DNA from: an uncultured virus (IMG/VR IMGVR_UViG_3300008448_000043)
Lineage: Duplodnaviria > Heunggongvirae > Uroviricota > Caudoviricetes
Direction: 5' to 3' (one strand)
Virus record (IMG/VR): IMGVR_UViG_3300008448_000043
Length of the DNA: 64,000 nt
The translations under genes were made by a program, and so were the position numbers. Positions within the stretch are counted from its first letter, which is position 1, and the number at the start of each line of letters is the position of its first letter. Shown here in pieces: positions 7,200 to 16,839 of the stretch. The notes under the pieces were generated by a model, which worked only from the letters and a program-made list of their open reading frames with translations, did not search any database and was not told where the DNA came from.

Positions 7200-8917
7200 T
7201 ATTTCACCATTTGACTAAAGTTTTTTACTTTTTGGAATTTGATTACTGAATGGAATTTATCGAACAGTTGATCACCCTTGTGCGATATTATAAACAAGTT
7301 AGTATCAGCGGTCAACGTATTGATTATCTTTAGGAACTCTTCTGTACCATTATTATCTAGTGAACTATCAAACACTTCGTCCATGATTAGGAGATTAGTA
7401 GATGCAGAGTTACGAAGCTTGCTGATAGATCTCCATGTAAACAGGAGAGCAAGATCAATACGCATTTTCTCTCCCTCAGAGAACGACTCATAGCTAAAGT
7501 CATCACGATGTCTTGATTTAATTGTCTCTTCGAAGTTTTCATTCAATTCAAAGTTAACAAAGAAGTCCATTGCAGCTAAGTATTTGTTAACAAGTTTATT
7601 TATTACAGGAATATATTGCTTTATAATCTTAGTCTTAACACCAGAGTCCTTCAGTAGTACAGCTGCAACATCAAGAGCGGATTTATCTTTTAGTAGTTCT
7701 TCTTTCGTGTTGATCGCTGCTTTCAAAGTTCTTTTGATCGCATCTAGCTCTTCAGCATCATCCGTTGATTGTACCTCTATGTCTGACTGAAGTGTTGCTA
7801 TCTCATCCTGTAACAGCTTGATTGTGTTCTGATATATTTTTACTTGAGTGTTGCATTCTTGTATGTAAGACTCTTGTTGTTGAATAAAAGAATGCACATC
7901 TGATATGACCATCAACCTCTCATTTAAAGAGTCTAAATGATCTTGTAGTGAGACAAGGGTCTCTTCTACTTTTGTTTTTTGTTTGTTCTTTTCTTCGATA
8001 CTACCATCTTTAAAGTGAGCATCTATATCTTGATTGCAAGTAGGACAGCTTTCATGGTCTTGTAAAAAGTCAATGCTTTCTGTTATTGATCTTAGTTTGT
8101 CTTCACCAGTACGTTTCAAATCAAGGTAGTTAGAATACTTACCTGATACAACGTCCTCATCAACAATACTGCCTTCAAGAAGGGTGATAGTCGTTTTATG
8201 CTCCTTGATAACATCAAGAGCTATCTGCATGTTGCCAGCTACTTCTTTAAGCTGATTATTCTTTGCATCAATTGTTGTTTGTTTATTGTCCTTGATTGTA
8301 GTAGTCAATCTTTTATGCAGCTCAATTTTATCAACAGCATTTTTAATCTCAAACGATACGCTAGTCAACTCTTCTTTGTTGAGAGATATCTTTTCCTTAA
8401 GAATACTATTCATAGTGGAGAAGATTTGGATATCTAATAGATCTTCTATTATCTCTCTACGATGAGCTGCTGGCAGTTGCATGAAAGGAGTGAATGATGC
8501 ACTACCTAAAATAACAATCTGAGAAAAGGATTTGAAGTTCAGCTTAAGAATATTCTTCTCAAGCATCTCTTGATACTCTCTAACATCTGATGTCTGGTTC
8601 ATCATATCACCATTACAGATGATATCAAAGACGTTTGGCTTTTGACCTCTACATATTAAATACTGCTTAGAGCCAATTGAGAACTCTAGCTCAACAAGCA
8701 TTCCCTTCTTATTGATCGAGTTGATCAATTGAGGTTTGTTTATCTTGCGGAAAGGCTTTGCAAAAAGAGCAAAACAGATAGCATCAAGAATAGTACTTTT
8801 ACCAGCACCATTCTCACCTACTATCAATGTTGATTTTGATTTCTGAAAATTAACTTCTGTCCATACATCACCCGTAGATAGAATGTTCTTCCATCTAATA
8901 CATTTGAAACTTATCAT
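7199..8917 (-). CDS. gp46: recombination endonuclease ATPase subunit (Rad50/SbcC-like)
   Basis: Walker A GENGAGKS, CPTC zinc hook, FSEGE signature, LIMDEVFD. Confidence 0.95.
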   Translation of the reverse strand: MISFKCIRWKNILSTGDVWTEVNFQKSKSTLIVGENGAGKSTILDAICFALFAKPFRKINKPQLINSINKKGMLVELEFSIGSKQYLICRGQKPNVFDIICNGDMMNQTSDVREYQEMLEKNILKLNFKSFSQIVILGSASFTPFMQLPAAHRREIIEDLLDIQIFSTMNSILKEKISLNKEELTSVSFEIKNAVDKIELHKRLTTTIKDNKQTTIDAKNNQLKEVAGNMQIALDVIKEHKTTITLLEGSIVDEDVVSGKYSNYLDLKRTGEDKLRSITESIDFLQDHESCPTCNQDIDAHFKDGSIEEKNKQKTKVEETLVSLQDHLDSLNERLMVISDVHSFIQQQESYIQECNTQVKIYQNTIKLLQDEIATLQSDIEVQSTDDAEELDAIKRTLKAAINTKEELLKDKSALDVAAVLLKDSGVKTKIIKQYIPVINKLVNKYLAAMDFFVNFELNENFEETIKSRHRDDFSYESFSEGEKMRIDLALLFTWRSISKLRNSASTNLLIMDEVFDSSLDNNGTEEFLKIINTLTADTNLFIISHKGDQLFDKFHSVIKFQKVKNFSQMVK

Positions 8918-8920
8918 ATA

Positions 8921-9970
8921 TTAAGCTGACTCTATATTGATCGCCTCATTATATAAACTACGTAGAAGTCTGTCTAGTCGTTGTTTGTCAGCAGTTGTTT
9001 CTATCTGCTCACAAAATTTAGATAGGATTGTCATTGTATCTTCAGCACTTTCAACAATATCATTATCATCCTGAAGATCCATATGCATGTGATCATCTAC
9101 CACCTGTAGATCTGCAATACCTGACTTTTCTAGTTTATCAATAAGCATGTCTAATTGAATTGGATTATCTCTGCTTTGTACCACTACCTTAACAAACGTA
9201 TCTGCTAAATGGCTATAATCACCTAGCTCAAACTTATCATTAAAGAATATTTTGTAGAACATCCTGTTAGGGTTCTGTATAAACTCTAACTCTCTTGTCT
9301 CTGTGTCGAAGATGTGGAATCCTCTTGGGTCTTCATAATCAGCCCACGTAAGCTCATAAGGATTTCCGAGATAGTGAATATTGCCAGAGCTTGAACGATG
9401 ATGAAAGTGACCAGTACAAACAAGATCAAATCGTTCGAATATTTTAGAATCAAATCCATGGTCGTTTACCTGTCCTTTATACATTTGGAAACCAGCTAGT
9501 TCAAGATGACCAAAGCATACTTGCGCTCTAGTATTCTTGATCATACCCATGACATCGTTGTAGTTGTCTGCACATATCCATGGCAGCATCAAGATGTCTA
9601 AACCTGCATATGTTAACTCAACAGGGTCACTATAAGGTGATATGTTGTCATAATCAGCTAGTAATAGCTCTGGAGAGTTTATTGAGTTTGTGTTCTTGTA
9701 GAAAACGTCGTGATTACCGACGATAACATCGAGCCTAATTTTCCGATCACGTAAAGGATCAAAAAAGTACTCGCGGCAATTGTTGAGAGTAAGATAGTTA
9801 ATGTACTTGCGACGATCAAACATATCGCCAAGATGAATAACATTCCGTATTCCTCGTTCATCAAGTGTTGGAAAAAACGATTGGTCGTAGAATTTCTTAA
9901 AATGTTTGTCGAATGCTCCATGGTCTCCCCTTGCACCAAAGTGCGTGTCCGTTATTAAAGCTATCTTCAT
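8921..9970 (-). CDS. gp47: recombination endonuclease nuclease subunit (Mre11/SbcD-like)
   Basis: DTHFG, GDMFD, GNHD, GHFH; adjacent to gp46. Confidence 0.95.
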   Translation of the reverse strand: MKIALITDTHFGARGDHGAFDKHFKKFYDQSFFPTLDERGIRNVIHLGDMFDRRKYINYLTLNNCREYFFDPLRDRKIRLDVIVGNHDVFYKNTNSINSPELLLADYDNISPYSDPVELTYAGLDILMLPWICADNYNDVMGMIKNTRAQVCFGHLELAGFQMYKGQVNDHGFDSKIFERFDLVCTGHFHHRSSSGNIHYLGNPYELTWADYEDPRGFHIFDTETRELEFIQNPNRMFYKIFFNDKFELGDYSHLADTFVKVVVQSRDNPIQLDMLIDKLEKSGIADLQVVDDHMHMDLQDDNDIVESAEDTMTILSKFCEQIETTADKQRLDRLLRSLYNEAINIESA

Positions 9971-10509
9971 TATTCCTCAACAAATTTATCAATACCAGTC
10001 TTCTCTGCGGGCTTTCGCTTCTTCTCTAGATTATCCTCGAAAGACTTAATAAAGTCACTCATTTTCTCATTCTCAAACATATTGTTAGTTGGACCACCAT
10101 CAAACATATCTCCATCCTGTAGATCAAACAACTCCTCTGATATAGCCGAGTTCTTATATACCTGATGTTTAATATACAGGTGTTTCTTTTCTTTCTGTAT
10201 CCGTCTTAGAAAAGCAAAGTAGATTATCTGAGTAAAATATGCAAAAGGGTTTGTGGATTTATCTGGATCAAAGTTATCAATATACATGATGCAGTTTTCA
10301 ATTCCATCTGCAATCATCTCATCACGATAAGAATAGTTGATAAAGTTTGGTTTGGTAGCTAGTCTATTTGCAATTAACAATATACACTCACCAAGATAGT
10401 TTGGTAAAATAGGCTTCGTTTTGTTTTGTTGCTCAGCATCTCTTACTGTCTGCTTGTATTGTTTGATGGCTTCGTAGAATGTTTTATTGTCAATGTAGTT
10501 AGTTGTCAT
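9970..10509 (-). CDS. gp55: late transcription sigma factor
   Basis: 'NYIDNK', 'PNFINYSYRDEMIADGIENC', 'NPFAYFTQIIYFAFLRRIQKEKK'. Confidence 0.95.
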   Translation of the reverse strand: MTTNYIDNKTFYEAIKQYKQTVRDAEQQNKTKPILPNYLGECILLIANRLATKPNFINYSYRDEMIADGIENCIMYIDNFDPDKSTNPFAYFTQIIYFAFLRRIQKEKKHLYIKHQVYKNSAISEELFDLQDGDMFDGGPTNNMFENEKMSDFIKSFEDNLEKKRKPAEKTGIDKFVEE

Positions 10510-10510
10510 A

Positions 10511-10909
10511 TCAGTGCATACTATTATTAGGATTAAGTCTTTCCATCATTGCTGTGAGCACATCTGTATTTGTATCATTTTGATTGTCTTCTAGCTCTGC
10601 AATACTTTCTAGCTCAATATCTATGCTTTCATCAACCTCTTTAATGTAGGATTGAAGAACAGCCTCATAATAATTAGCCATAGACTTTCTAGCAGCAAGT
10701 GATACAATTACATTTTCCTTTTGGAAGGATATAGTTCTACTCTCAGCAAAAGGCATATATCTTAAAAGTCCTATCACAGGACGTTCACTTCTTGGTGAAA
10801 AGATATAGTTGATTGTGAAGGGATCTTCGATGAGAACATCTTTCTCATCCTCGTGAATTACATGACCAATGATTTCACTGTTATTTTGAAGCTTAACTAT
10901 TTTAATCAT
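10511..10909 (-). CDS. conserved T4-like hypothetical protein (Sm-like N-terminus possible)
   Basis: 'IKIVKLQNNSEIIG' start; usual position between uvsW and gp55. Confidence 0.7.
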   Translation of the reverse strand: MIKIVKLQNNSEIIGHVIHEDEKDVLIEDPFTINYIFSPRSERPVIGLLRYMPFAESRTISFQKENVIVSLAARKSMANYYEAVLQSYIKEVDESIDIELESIAELEDNQNDTNTDVLTAMMERLNPNNSMH

Positions 10910-12353
10910 TGCTATCCTTTAAAGGTATGGAATATGTTTTATACTCAAACTTCTCTTCATTATATATTTTTATTCTTTCCACAAAATGATTCAAGGTGTA
11001 GTTACGTCGTTGCTTCCACTGTAAATTATCCGCTATGTCGAAAAGAGTGGCTTTATCTTTTCTACTTCCCTTTCGTAGTCCACGTCCGATGGATTGTAGG
11101 TTTCGGATCCTTGATTTTGAAGGTGAAGCGAAAATGATATTGTGCAGGTTTGTAATATTGACGCCAGTAGAAAAAGTACCATAAGAAGCGACAATAATCG
11201 AACCAGTTTCCATTTCCACAGCTCTTCTAATATCATTTCGGTTCTCACCACTAATCTCACCAGAAACGAAATACAGCTGGATGTGATTGTTTTTATTTTG
11301 CTTGATAAGATCATATAGTGCTTTTCCGTGTTTGTCAACATACTGATATAAAATAAGGGTGTTGCCTTTGAGTTGTAATGATAGGTCTGCTATAAATTTG
11401 TTTCTAGCTTGATGATTAATTAGGAACTCAATTTCATCTCTGTACGGAGCTACTTTCATTAACTTCTTATAGTAGTCATCATATTCCAATACAATAGCTT
11501 TGATTCTGAATTCGGATAGATATTTTTGCTCAATCAAATCAGCTGTAGTTGTTACTTTCTTGACTGTACCAAACAAACCCTCGAGTACTAATTTATGAGT
11601 CTGCGACCCATCTAGTGTTCCTGTGAATCCAAACCTATACTTGCAGTTGAAAAGATTCTGCATTATAGATGTAAGAGACTTTGCTTTGAATAGGTGAGCT
11701 TCATCTCCTATCACCACATCAAACTGCTGAAACCATTTACGTGGTTGATTATATATTGACTGCCATGTTGATATGTATATTGATTTATCTTCGTCCTTTT
11801 CCTGACCAGAGAATATCATGTGGCAATTGGACTTTGAATCATAGCCATACTCTTCAAAATCAGAATACATCTGATACACTAAAGATGTGGTGGGTACAAT
11901 CAATAGCGTTTTAAGATTGAAGAACCTGCAGAGAAGATATATTATTAATGACTTACCAGAAGCTGTAGGAGATAATAGTAAAGATCTTTTTTTCTTTATT
12001 GCATGCTTGAAAGCTGCTATCTGATAATCTCTAGGGTGCTTTGTAAGGTTGATTGATTTAAAGAACTGCTCAACATCAACCTCATCAGTGTCATCTGAAA
12101 AATCAGAAAGCAGATCTACAGGATAATCATTTTGTTTTGCAAAGTCTTTAACATAATCTATCAATCCTGTGTAGATGTGATGCGTACCAGAGTTGAACAA
12201 CCGTATCTTACCATCCCATCCTTTCTTTCTCACTGAAGGAATGAAACGAGCACCAGGTACCTCAAACGTAAAATAGTCTGAAAGCTCTTGAGCAACACCA
12301 TCATTACAATGAACCTTAATATAGGTTTCGTTATATCTCTCTAACTGTATCAT
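10902..12353 (-). CDS. uvsW: UvsW helicase
   Basis: PTASGKS, DEAH, TGT, QSIGRGLR SF2 motifs; 'WDGKIRLF'. Confidence 0.95.
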   Translation of the reverse strand: MIQLERYNETYIKVHCNDGVAQELSDYFTFEVPGARFIPSVRKKGWDGKIRLFNSGTHHIYTGLIDYVKDFAKQNDYPVDLLSDFSDDTDEVDVEQFFKSINLTKHPRDYQIAAFKHAIKKKRSLLLSPTASGKSLIIYLLCRFFNLKTLLIVPTTSLVYQMYSDFEEYGYDSKSNCHMIFSGQEKDEDKSIYISTWQSIYNQPRKWFQQFDVVIGDEAHLFKAKSLTSIMQNLFNCKYRFGFTGTLDGSQTHKLVLEGLFGTVKKVTTTADLIEQKYLSEFRIKAIVLEYDDYYKKLMKVAPYRDEIEFLINHQARNKFIADLSLQLKGNTLILYQYVDKHGKALYDLIKQNKNNHIQLYFVSGEISGENRNDIRRAVEMETGSIIVASYGTFSTGVNITNLHNIIFASPSKSRIRNLQSIGRGLRKGSRKDKATLFDIADNLQWKQRRNYTLNHFVERIKIYNEEKFEYKTYSIPLKDSND

Positions 12354-12784
12354 ACACCCATTTTAAACTTTTCCCACTCAATAGCATTTTTCAAAAGATA
12401 TCCTCTGTTATTGAGTGTACGTATAATGTTTTCGATAATTTCTAACTTGTCTTCTGTTAGCTGTATTCTTTGTTGTATAGTCTGAAGATCATCATCTGAT
12501 TCAAGATAAATTGGAATGTCAACCTTAAGTATCTTCAGTGGTTGCGGACTCCAACCATGCTCTTCTAACTCTTCCTGGGATAAGATACCCTGATAGTATT
12601 GATGTTTGAGTTTGTATAGTTTTTTGAAGTCACCGTTAAGTTTGGTAAGCATTGATTTAGCTAGGAACAGCTCCTTCAAATACTTTGAGTGTAATTGAGG
12701 AATACGCAGTGACTCTTTTCCCAGCTCAGTTTTATCAACATCACTATCTCGCTCCCACTCAATTATAAGTTCATCAGTCTTCAT
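12350..12784 (-). CDS. uvsY: recombination mediator UvsY
   Basis: 'IPQLHSKY', 'LNNRGYLLKNAIEWEKF'. Confidence 0.92.
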   Translation of the reverse strand: MKTDELIIEWERDSDVDKTELGKESLRIPQLHSKYLKELFLAKSMLTKLNGDFKKLYKLKHQYYQGILSQEELEEHGWSPQPLKILKVDIPIYLESDDDLQTIQQRIQLTEDKLEIIENIIRTLNNRGYLLKNAIEWEKFKMGV

Positions 12785-12806
12785 ACAATCCTCCCATTTA
12801 GATCAT

Positions 12807-12835
12807 ATGATACATTATTAATCAAACAAGGTCAA
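12807..12835 (-). promoter_or_regulatory. sigma70-like promoter of the uvsY-uvsW operon
   Basis: TTGACC-17 nt-TATCAT. Confidence 0.6.
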
Positions 12836-13368
12836 CTGTATTTTTCAATTTTATATTTGATATAGTCGAAGGTAACCGAACATTGTATGTAAGAGATATC
12901 GGAAGAAACAGTTGTAAAGTTTAATTGGCCAAGACTGGAAGGAAATGCATCATAAAAAGTAACTTCAAGGTTTGGGTTCTTAGCGCTAGAAAGAATCATT
13001 AACTTAATATCTGATCTAGCTCTAGAATTATAATCCGTTACTAACTTATTGTCAAGTCTATCTGTTGATGTTGGGTCTATTGATTCTGGGCCGGCAATGG
13101 AAATAATCCAATTCCATATTTCTAGATAGTTTGTTAGATCCTCATCAACTATGAACTCAACTGTAAGAGGAGCGTAGTTAATATGGTCACCTGGGATAGG
13201 AATTTTAACAAACGGGGTGGGCACATCTATAGAACCCTCAAAAGATAACCCAGGGATTGAAATACCTTGAAGGAAGAAGTTCAGCGAAGGAGCTCTCTGC
13301 AGAGCCATTCTGAAGTTAGATGATGCTAAGAAGTTTCTATTTACTGGTGTATTTGTAATGGCACTCAT
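12832..13368 (-). CDS. gp3: tail completion / tube terminator protein
   Basis: 'NRNFLASSNF', 'FIVDEDLTNYLEIWNW', 'FYDAFPSSLG'; position after gp23. Confidence 0.85.
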   Translation of the reverse strand: MSAITNTPVNRNFLASSNFRMALQRAPSLNFFLQGISIPGLSFEGSIDVPTPFVKIPIPGDHINYAPLTVEFIVDEDLTNYLEIWNWIISIAGPESIDPTSTDRLDNKLVTDYNSRARSDIKLMILSSAKNPNLEVTFYDAFPSSLGQLNFTTVSSDISYIQCSVTFDYIKYKIEKYS

Positions 13369-13385
13369 AGTATATCCTTTTTTAC

Positions 13386-13393
13386 TATTTATG
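13386..13393 (-). promoter_or_regulatory. T4-type late promoter (variant CATAAATA)
   Basis: One mismatch to TATAAATA, just upstream of gp3. Confidence 0.55.
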
Positions 13394-13395
13394 CA

Positions 13396-13425
13396 AATAA
13401 AAAGAGAGGATCCGAAGATCCTCTC
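13396..13425 (-). terminator. intrinsic terminator after gp23
   Basis: GAGAGGATC-TTCG-GATCCTCTC followed by TTTTTATT. Confidence 0.92.
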
Positions 13426-13464
13426 AAAATTGCTGCTATGTTATATTGTAATTTTTATAAACAA

Positions 13465-14793
13465 TTACATTAGGTTGTCAACCATGAGTCTACGGTAGTA
13501 AACGTTAGAATCTTTGGTTAGAGCACCTAGACCAGCTGTCGAACCTTCAGCAAATGGGTTTGCAACCATTCCGTAACGAGTCTTAAAGCCAATCTTAGGC
13601 TGGAAGCTGTCAGGATCAACTGCACGAACCATTTGTAGAGGAACGTATGGGCAATAGAACAGACCTGCGTCGAATGCAGATGCGCCTTTGTAACCAACAG
13701 TCATGTAGTTACCAGTTGCATATGGATCGATGTAAACACGGATACGACCATTTAGAACACCAGCGAAAGTGTTACCTGTGTCATCAACGTTTAGGTTGTT
13801 GCTGTTTAGAGCAGGAGCGTAATCAAGAACACCAGCCATCTGAAGTGCAGAAGCAACGTCAGAAGAACAGATGATCATGTTACCTTTACCACGACGTGTA
13901 GCCTTGGCAATTTGGTTAGCTTCACGCTCAACTTGGAACATTAGACCCTTGAACTTCTCAACGCTCCAACGACCGTTTGAGTCTGTGTCAAGGTCAAAAC
14001 GACCAGCTGTTGTTGTATTCTCAGTAGCACCACGTGTAGCAGTAACATTGATTGTACGAACAACTTCACGGTTGATCTCAGCAAGGATCTCTGAAGAGAG
14101 AATGTTGCTTAGTTCTGTTTCAGCATCTAGACCATGGATTGCTTTCAGATCTTGTGCAAGTTCCATTGTGTACTCAGCTTTTAGAGCACGTGACTTAGCT
14201 GTTACAGTTACTTTCTCAATCGAGAAAGCCATTTCAGCAAAAGAAACGTTACCTGAAGTACCTAGAGCTTCTGCTTGCGCTGTAGACATACCTGAACCGA
14301 AGTTGTAGATACCTGTTTCAGCAAGGTTAGCAGTACCAGTTGTTGTGTTACCAGGAACACCACCAACATGCTTCTGACCTAGTGTGTTAGCACCAGTAAC
14401 AACAGAAGAGAATGATGAGTTAACTTCATTGTAGAAGTTCTCAACACCGCTATTGGAGCTGTTGCTATACTTGGAACGCATTGCGAAGATCAAACCGGTA
14501 GGACCAGTCATTGGCTGAACGCCGCAGATGTCATACGCAATTAGATTTGGCATTGCACGGCGAACTAGAGAGATAAGAACTGGATCGAAAGTATCGATAT
14601 CAGCACCAGTTGCATTAGCAGCTGTCTCTGTAAGTGTTTGTGGAACGTATTGATTGGCTTCGCGAAGTGCCTTCTCTGTGTTCTCTAGAACAACAGCGGT
14701 AACGCTTCTACGATGCTGATCTTTAATAGGAGCTAAATCTGGGTGAGTCAGAATAGGATCCCATTTTGATTGTAATTCTTCAGCTAACATCAT
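13465..14793 (-). CDS. gp23: major capsid protein
   Basis: 'GVQPMTGPTGLIFAMR', 'SRALKAEYTMELAQDLKAIHGLDAE', 'FQPKIGFKTRYG'. Confidence 0.98.
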   Translation of the reverse strand: MMLAEELQSKWDPILTHPDLAPIKDQHRRSVTAVVLENTEKALREANQYVPQTLTETAANATGADIDTFDPVLISLVRRAMPNLIAYDICGVQPMTGPTGLIFAMRSKYSNSSNSGVENFYNEVNSSFSSVVTGANTLGQKHVGGVPGNTTTGTANLAETGIYNFGSGMSTAQAEALGTSGNVSFAEMAFSIEKVTVTAKSRALKAEYTMELAQDLKAIHGLDAETELSNILSSEILAEINREVVRTINVTATRGATENTTTAGRFDLDTDSNGRWSVEKFKGLMFQVEREANQIAKATRRGKGNMIICSSDVASALQMAGVLDYAPALNSNNLNVDDTGNTFAGVLNGRIRVYIDPYATGNYMTVGYKGASAFDAGLFYCPYVPLQMVRAVDPDSFQPKIGFKTRYGMVANPFAEGSTAGLGALTKDSNVYYRRLMVDNLM

Positions 14794-14828
14794 GTTACTT
14801 CTCCTTACGGGGTTGATAAAATCTTTTT

Positions 14829-14836
14829 TATTTATG
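14829..14836 (-). promoter_or_regulatory. T4-type late promoter (CATAAATA) for gp23
   Basis: Overlaps the gp22 stop codon, about 35 nt upstream of gp23. Confidence 0.6.
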
Positions 14837-15785
14837 CTTTATTAATTCTTGAGATCGCAGAAAAGTAACGCTTAACTGATGGATCTTGGAATCTAACTGA
14901 AGTATCTTCAGCTAAATCGTTGTTACCAATTGCATTATCTTCTTCTGTTGTTGAAACTGAAACTTGCTGTGTTGGGAAATAGTTTTCCTTAACAAGTAAC
15001 AATTTCTTTTTGTAGTTGTCTGCTGAGTCGTAATCGATGCCTTCTGCAAGCTGACGTAGTTTTTCAACTTGTGTCATTACTAGGCCTTCTGATACTTCAG
15101 CAAAAATCTCTTGAACATTGTACTGGCTGATAGACTTGGATAGTTCAATGTTTTCAGAAATCTGAGAATTGAGTTTGTCTTCTAGCTCTTCAACCTTGGC
15201 TGTAAGCTGCTCGAGAACATCTAGCTTGTCTTCCGGAATCTCGATATAGTTTTCAGCAAATAGATTCTTTAGACCGTCCATGAAATCTTCTGTGATTTCA
15301 GACTTAAGTGAATGCTCAATTGCAACTTCATTTTCCTTCATCCACTGCTCTACACAGTAATTGAGATAGTCGTCTAATTTAGAAGTGATTTCTTCTGCAA
15401 TCTCGCCAACAGCTTCTTCTACTTTGTCTGCGTACTGCTCTTCTAGACGCTGAACTTCTTCGTTAATACGAGCGTAGATAGCAGCTTCAAAAATTGTAGT
15501 TGCTTTTTCTTTAAATTCTTCGGAGAGATCTTCTCCGTTAAACATTGCGTCGATGTGTTCTTTCATTGCTACCGAAGCCTTATTCTGAGCTGACATATCT
15601 CCTGTTGGAGCTGAGTTGTTTTGAGGATCTGTTTCTTGTTGATCTCCAGCTAGAGACTGTGAACCATCACCCTGTGATTTAGAATTAGGAAGAGATGTTT
15701 TCTTAGTGCCGGCATCAGGTACCATCGAGACACCAGTAGCACCACCACCTACTTGTAATTCATCTAGTTGTTGTTTTGTTGCCAT
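14832..15785 (-). CDS. gp22: prohead core scaffold protein
   Basis: 'LSEEFKEKATTIFEAA', 'YLNYCVEQWMKENEVAIE'. Confidence 0.93.
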   Translation of the reverse strand: MATKQQLDELQVGGGATGVSMVPDAGTKKTSLPNSKSQGDGSQSLAGDQQETDPQNNSAPTGDMSAQNKASVAMKEHIDAMFNGEDLSEEFKEKATTIFEAAIYARINEEVQRLEEQYADKVEEAVGEIAEEITSKLDDYLNYCVEQWMKENEVAIEHSLKSEITEDFMDGLKNLFAENYIEIPEDKLDVLEQLTAKVEELEDKLNSQISENIELSKSISQYNVQEIFAEVSEGLVMTQVEKLRQLAEGIDYDSADNYKKKLLLVKENYFPTQQVSVSTTEEDNAIGNNDLAEDTSVRFQDPSVKRYFSAISRINKA

Positions 15786-15813
15786 TTTCTTTACTCCTTA
15801 AAAGTATCTTTAT

Positions 15814-15821
15814 TATTTATA
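15814..15821 (-). promoter_or_regulatory. T4 late promoter TATAAATA for gp22
   Basis: Exact consensus in the intergenic gap. Confidence 0.8.
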
Positions 15822-15831
15822 TTTTAAAAAT

Positions 15832-16479
15832 TTACAGTGATTTGATGAACTGTTTAAAAACCTTAAGTTGAGCTTCCTCAAGGTTTCTACTAGATGCCTT
15901 TTGGATGGTTTTCTTCATCTCTTCAACCTCTTGAGGTTTTAAGACTCCATTATCCCAAACCCACTCAACACCCTCCATGATGCCTCTAACAAAGGCGCCT
16001 GGAGCGGAAGGATCTGCAACTACATCTGCTGCTGTTGCAAGATAAAAGTCATCCTGTACTTCATTCAATCCCTTGTCATTCATTCTTAAGGAGCCCATAC
16101 CTCTAGATGAAACACCTAGAGTTGCACCTTCCATCATTAGATTTTTAACAATATTACCATAAGGAGTATCCATAACTTTAGCTCTACCAATAAAGTTATC
16201 GCCCTCGCTCTTTAAAGACTTAATAAGAATAGCTGTTCTTTCTAAGTTGATGGTAGGTCCCTGTGGATGACCCAACTCACCAAAAGCCCTATTCTCGTTG
16301 ATGTGCTCTTTAGTATATCTTTGAACTTCTCTTTCAAGAATATCTTTTTTGTATATTCTATTATTCTTGTTGCCTCGATTGGCAACCATGAAAGTTCCTT
16401 CTATGAAAAAGTCTTTTTTACCTTCCTTTTCTTCTACGAGAAAATTTACTTTTTCATATACTTCGCTAATAAGTTTCAT
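15832..16479 (-). CDS. gp21: prohead protease
   Basis: 'GELGHP', 'GVSSRGMGS', 'ADPSAPGAFV'. Confidence 0.96.
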   Translation of the reverse strand: MKLISEVYEKVNFLVEEKEGKKDFFIEGTFMVANRGNKNNRIYKKDILEREVQRYTKEHINENRAFGELGHPQGPTINLERTAILIKSLKSEGDNFIGRAKVMDTPYGNIVKNLMMEGATLGVSSRGMGSLRMNDKGLNEVQDDFYLATAADVVADPSAPGAFVRGIMEGVEWVWDNGVLKPQEVEEMKKTIQKASSRNLEEAQLKVFKQFIKSL

Positions 16480-16488
16480 CTGGTATCC

Positions 16489-16839
16489 TTAGTACTGGCT
16501 TGTGTATGTTGATACTTTTTGGAAGTCAACTATGAGTGTGCAATTAGCAGAAGTACAGTTAACAACAACATTAGCTGATTGATCAAGCTGTATGGCAGCA
16601 CCGCAGCCAGCAAAGTCATTATATAAAGAAGTTTCTGCAATTTGAATTGTGTTAGCACCACGACTAATCTTCCAATAGCCACCATCCAAACCATACCATA
16701 CTTGATTGATATGAAGTCCTGTTACAGTTTCTGTGGCATCAACATTTGCTGAAGCAACTGTCATTTCTGTGTTAGATGTAAAAAGTACAACTAGCTTACC
16801 ACCTTTTTGATTTGATAGAATTCTACTGGCCATATTCAA
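16489..16839 (-). CDS. hypothetical virion protein
   Basis: Beta-rich 116-aa ORF inside the head module. Confidence 0.7.
   Translation of the reverse strand: MNMASRILSNQKGGKLVVLFTSNTEMTVASANVDATETVTGLHINQVWYGLDGGYWKISRGANTIQIAETSLYNDFAGCGAAIQLDQSANVVVNCTSANCTLIVDFQKVSTYTSQY

Noticed and set aside
12832..13465. Absence of gp24 after gp23 as a novelty
   Set aside because: gp23 followed by gp3-uvsY-uvsW is the usual order in cyanophage-like T4 relatives
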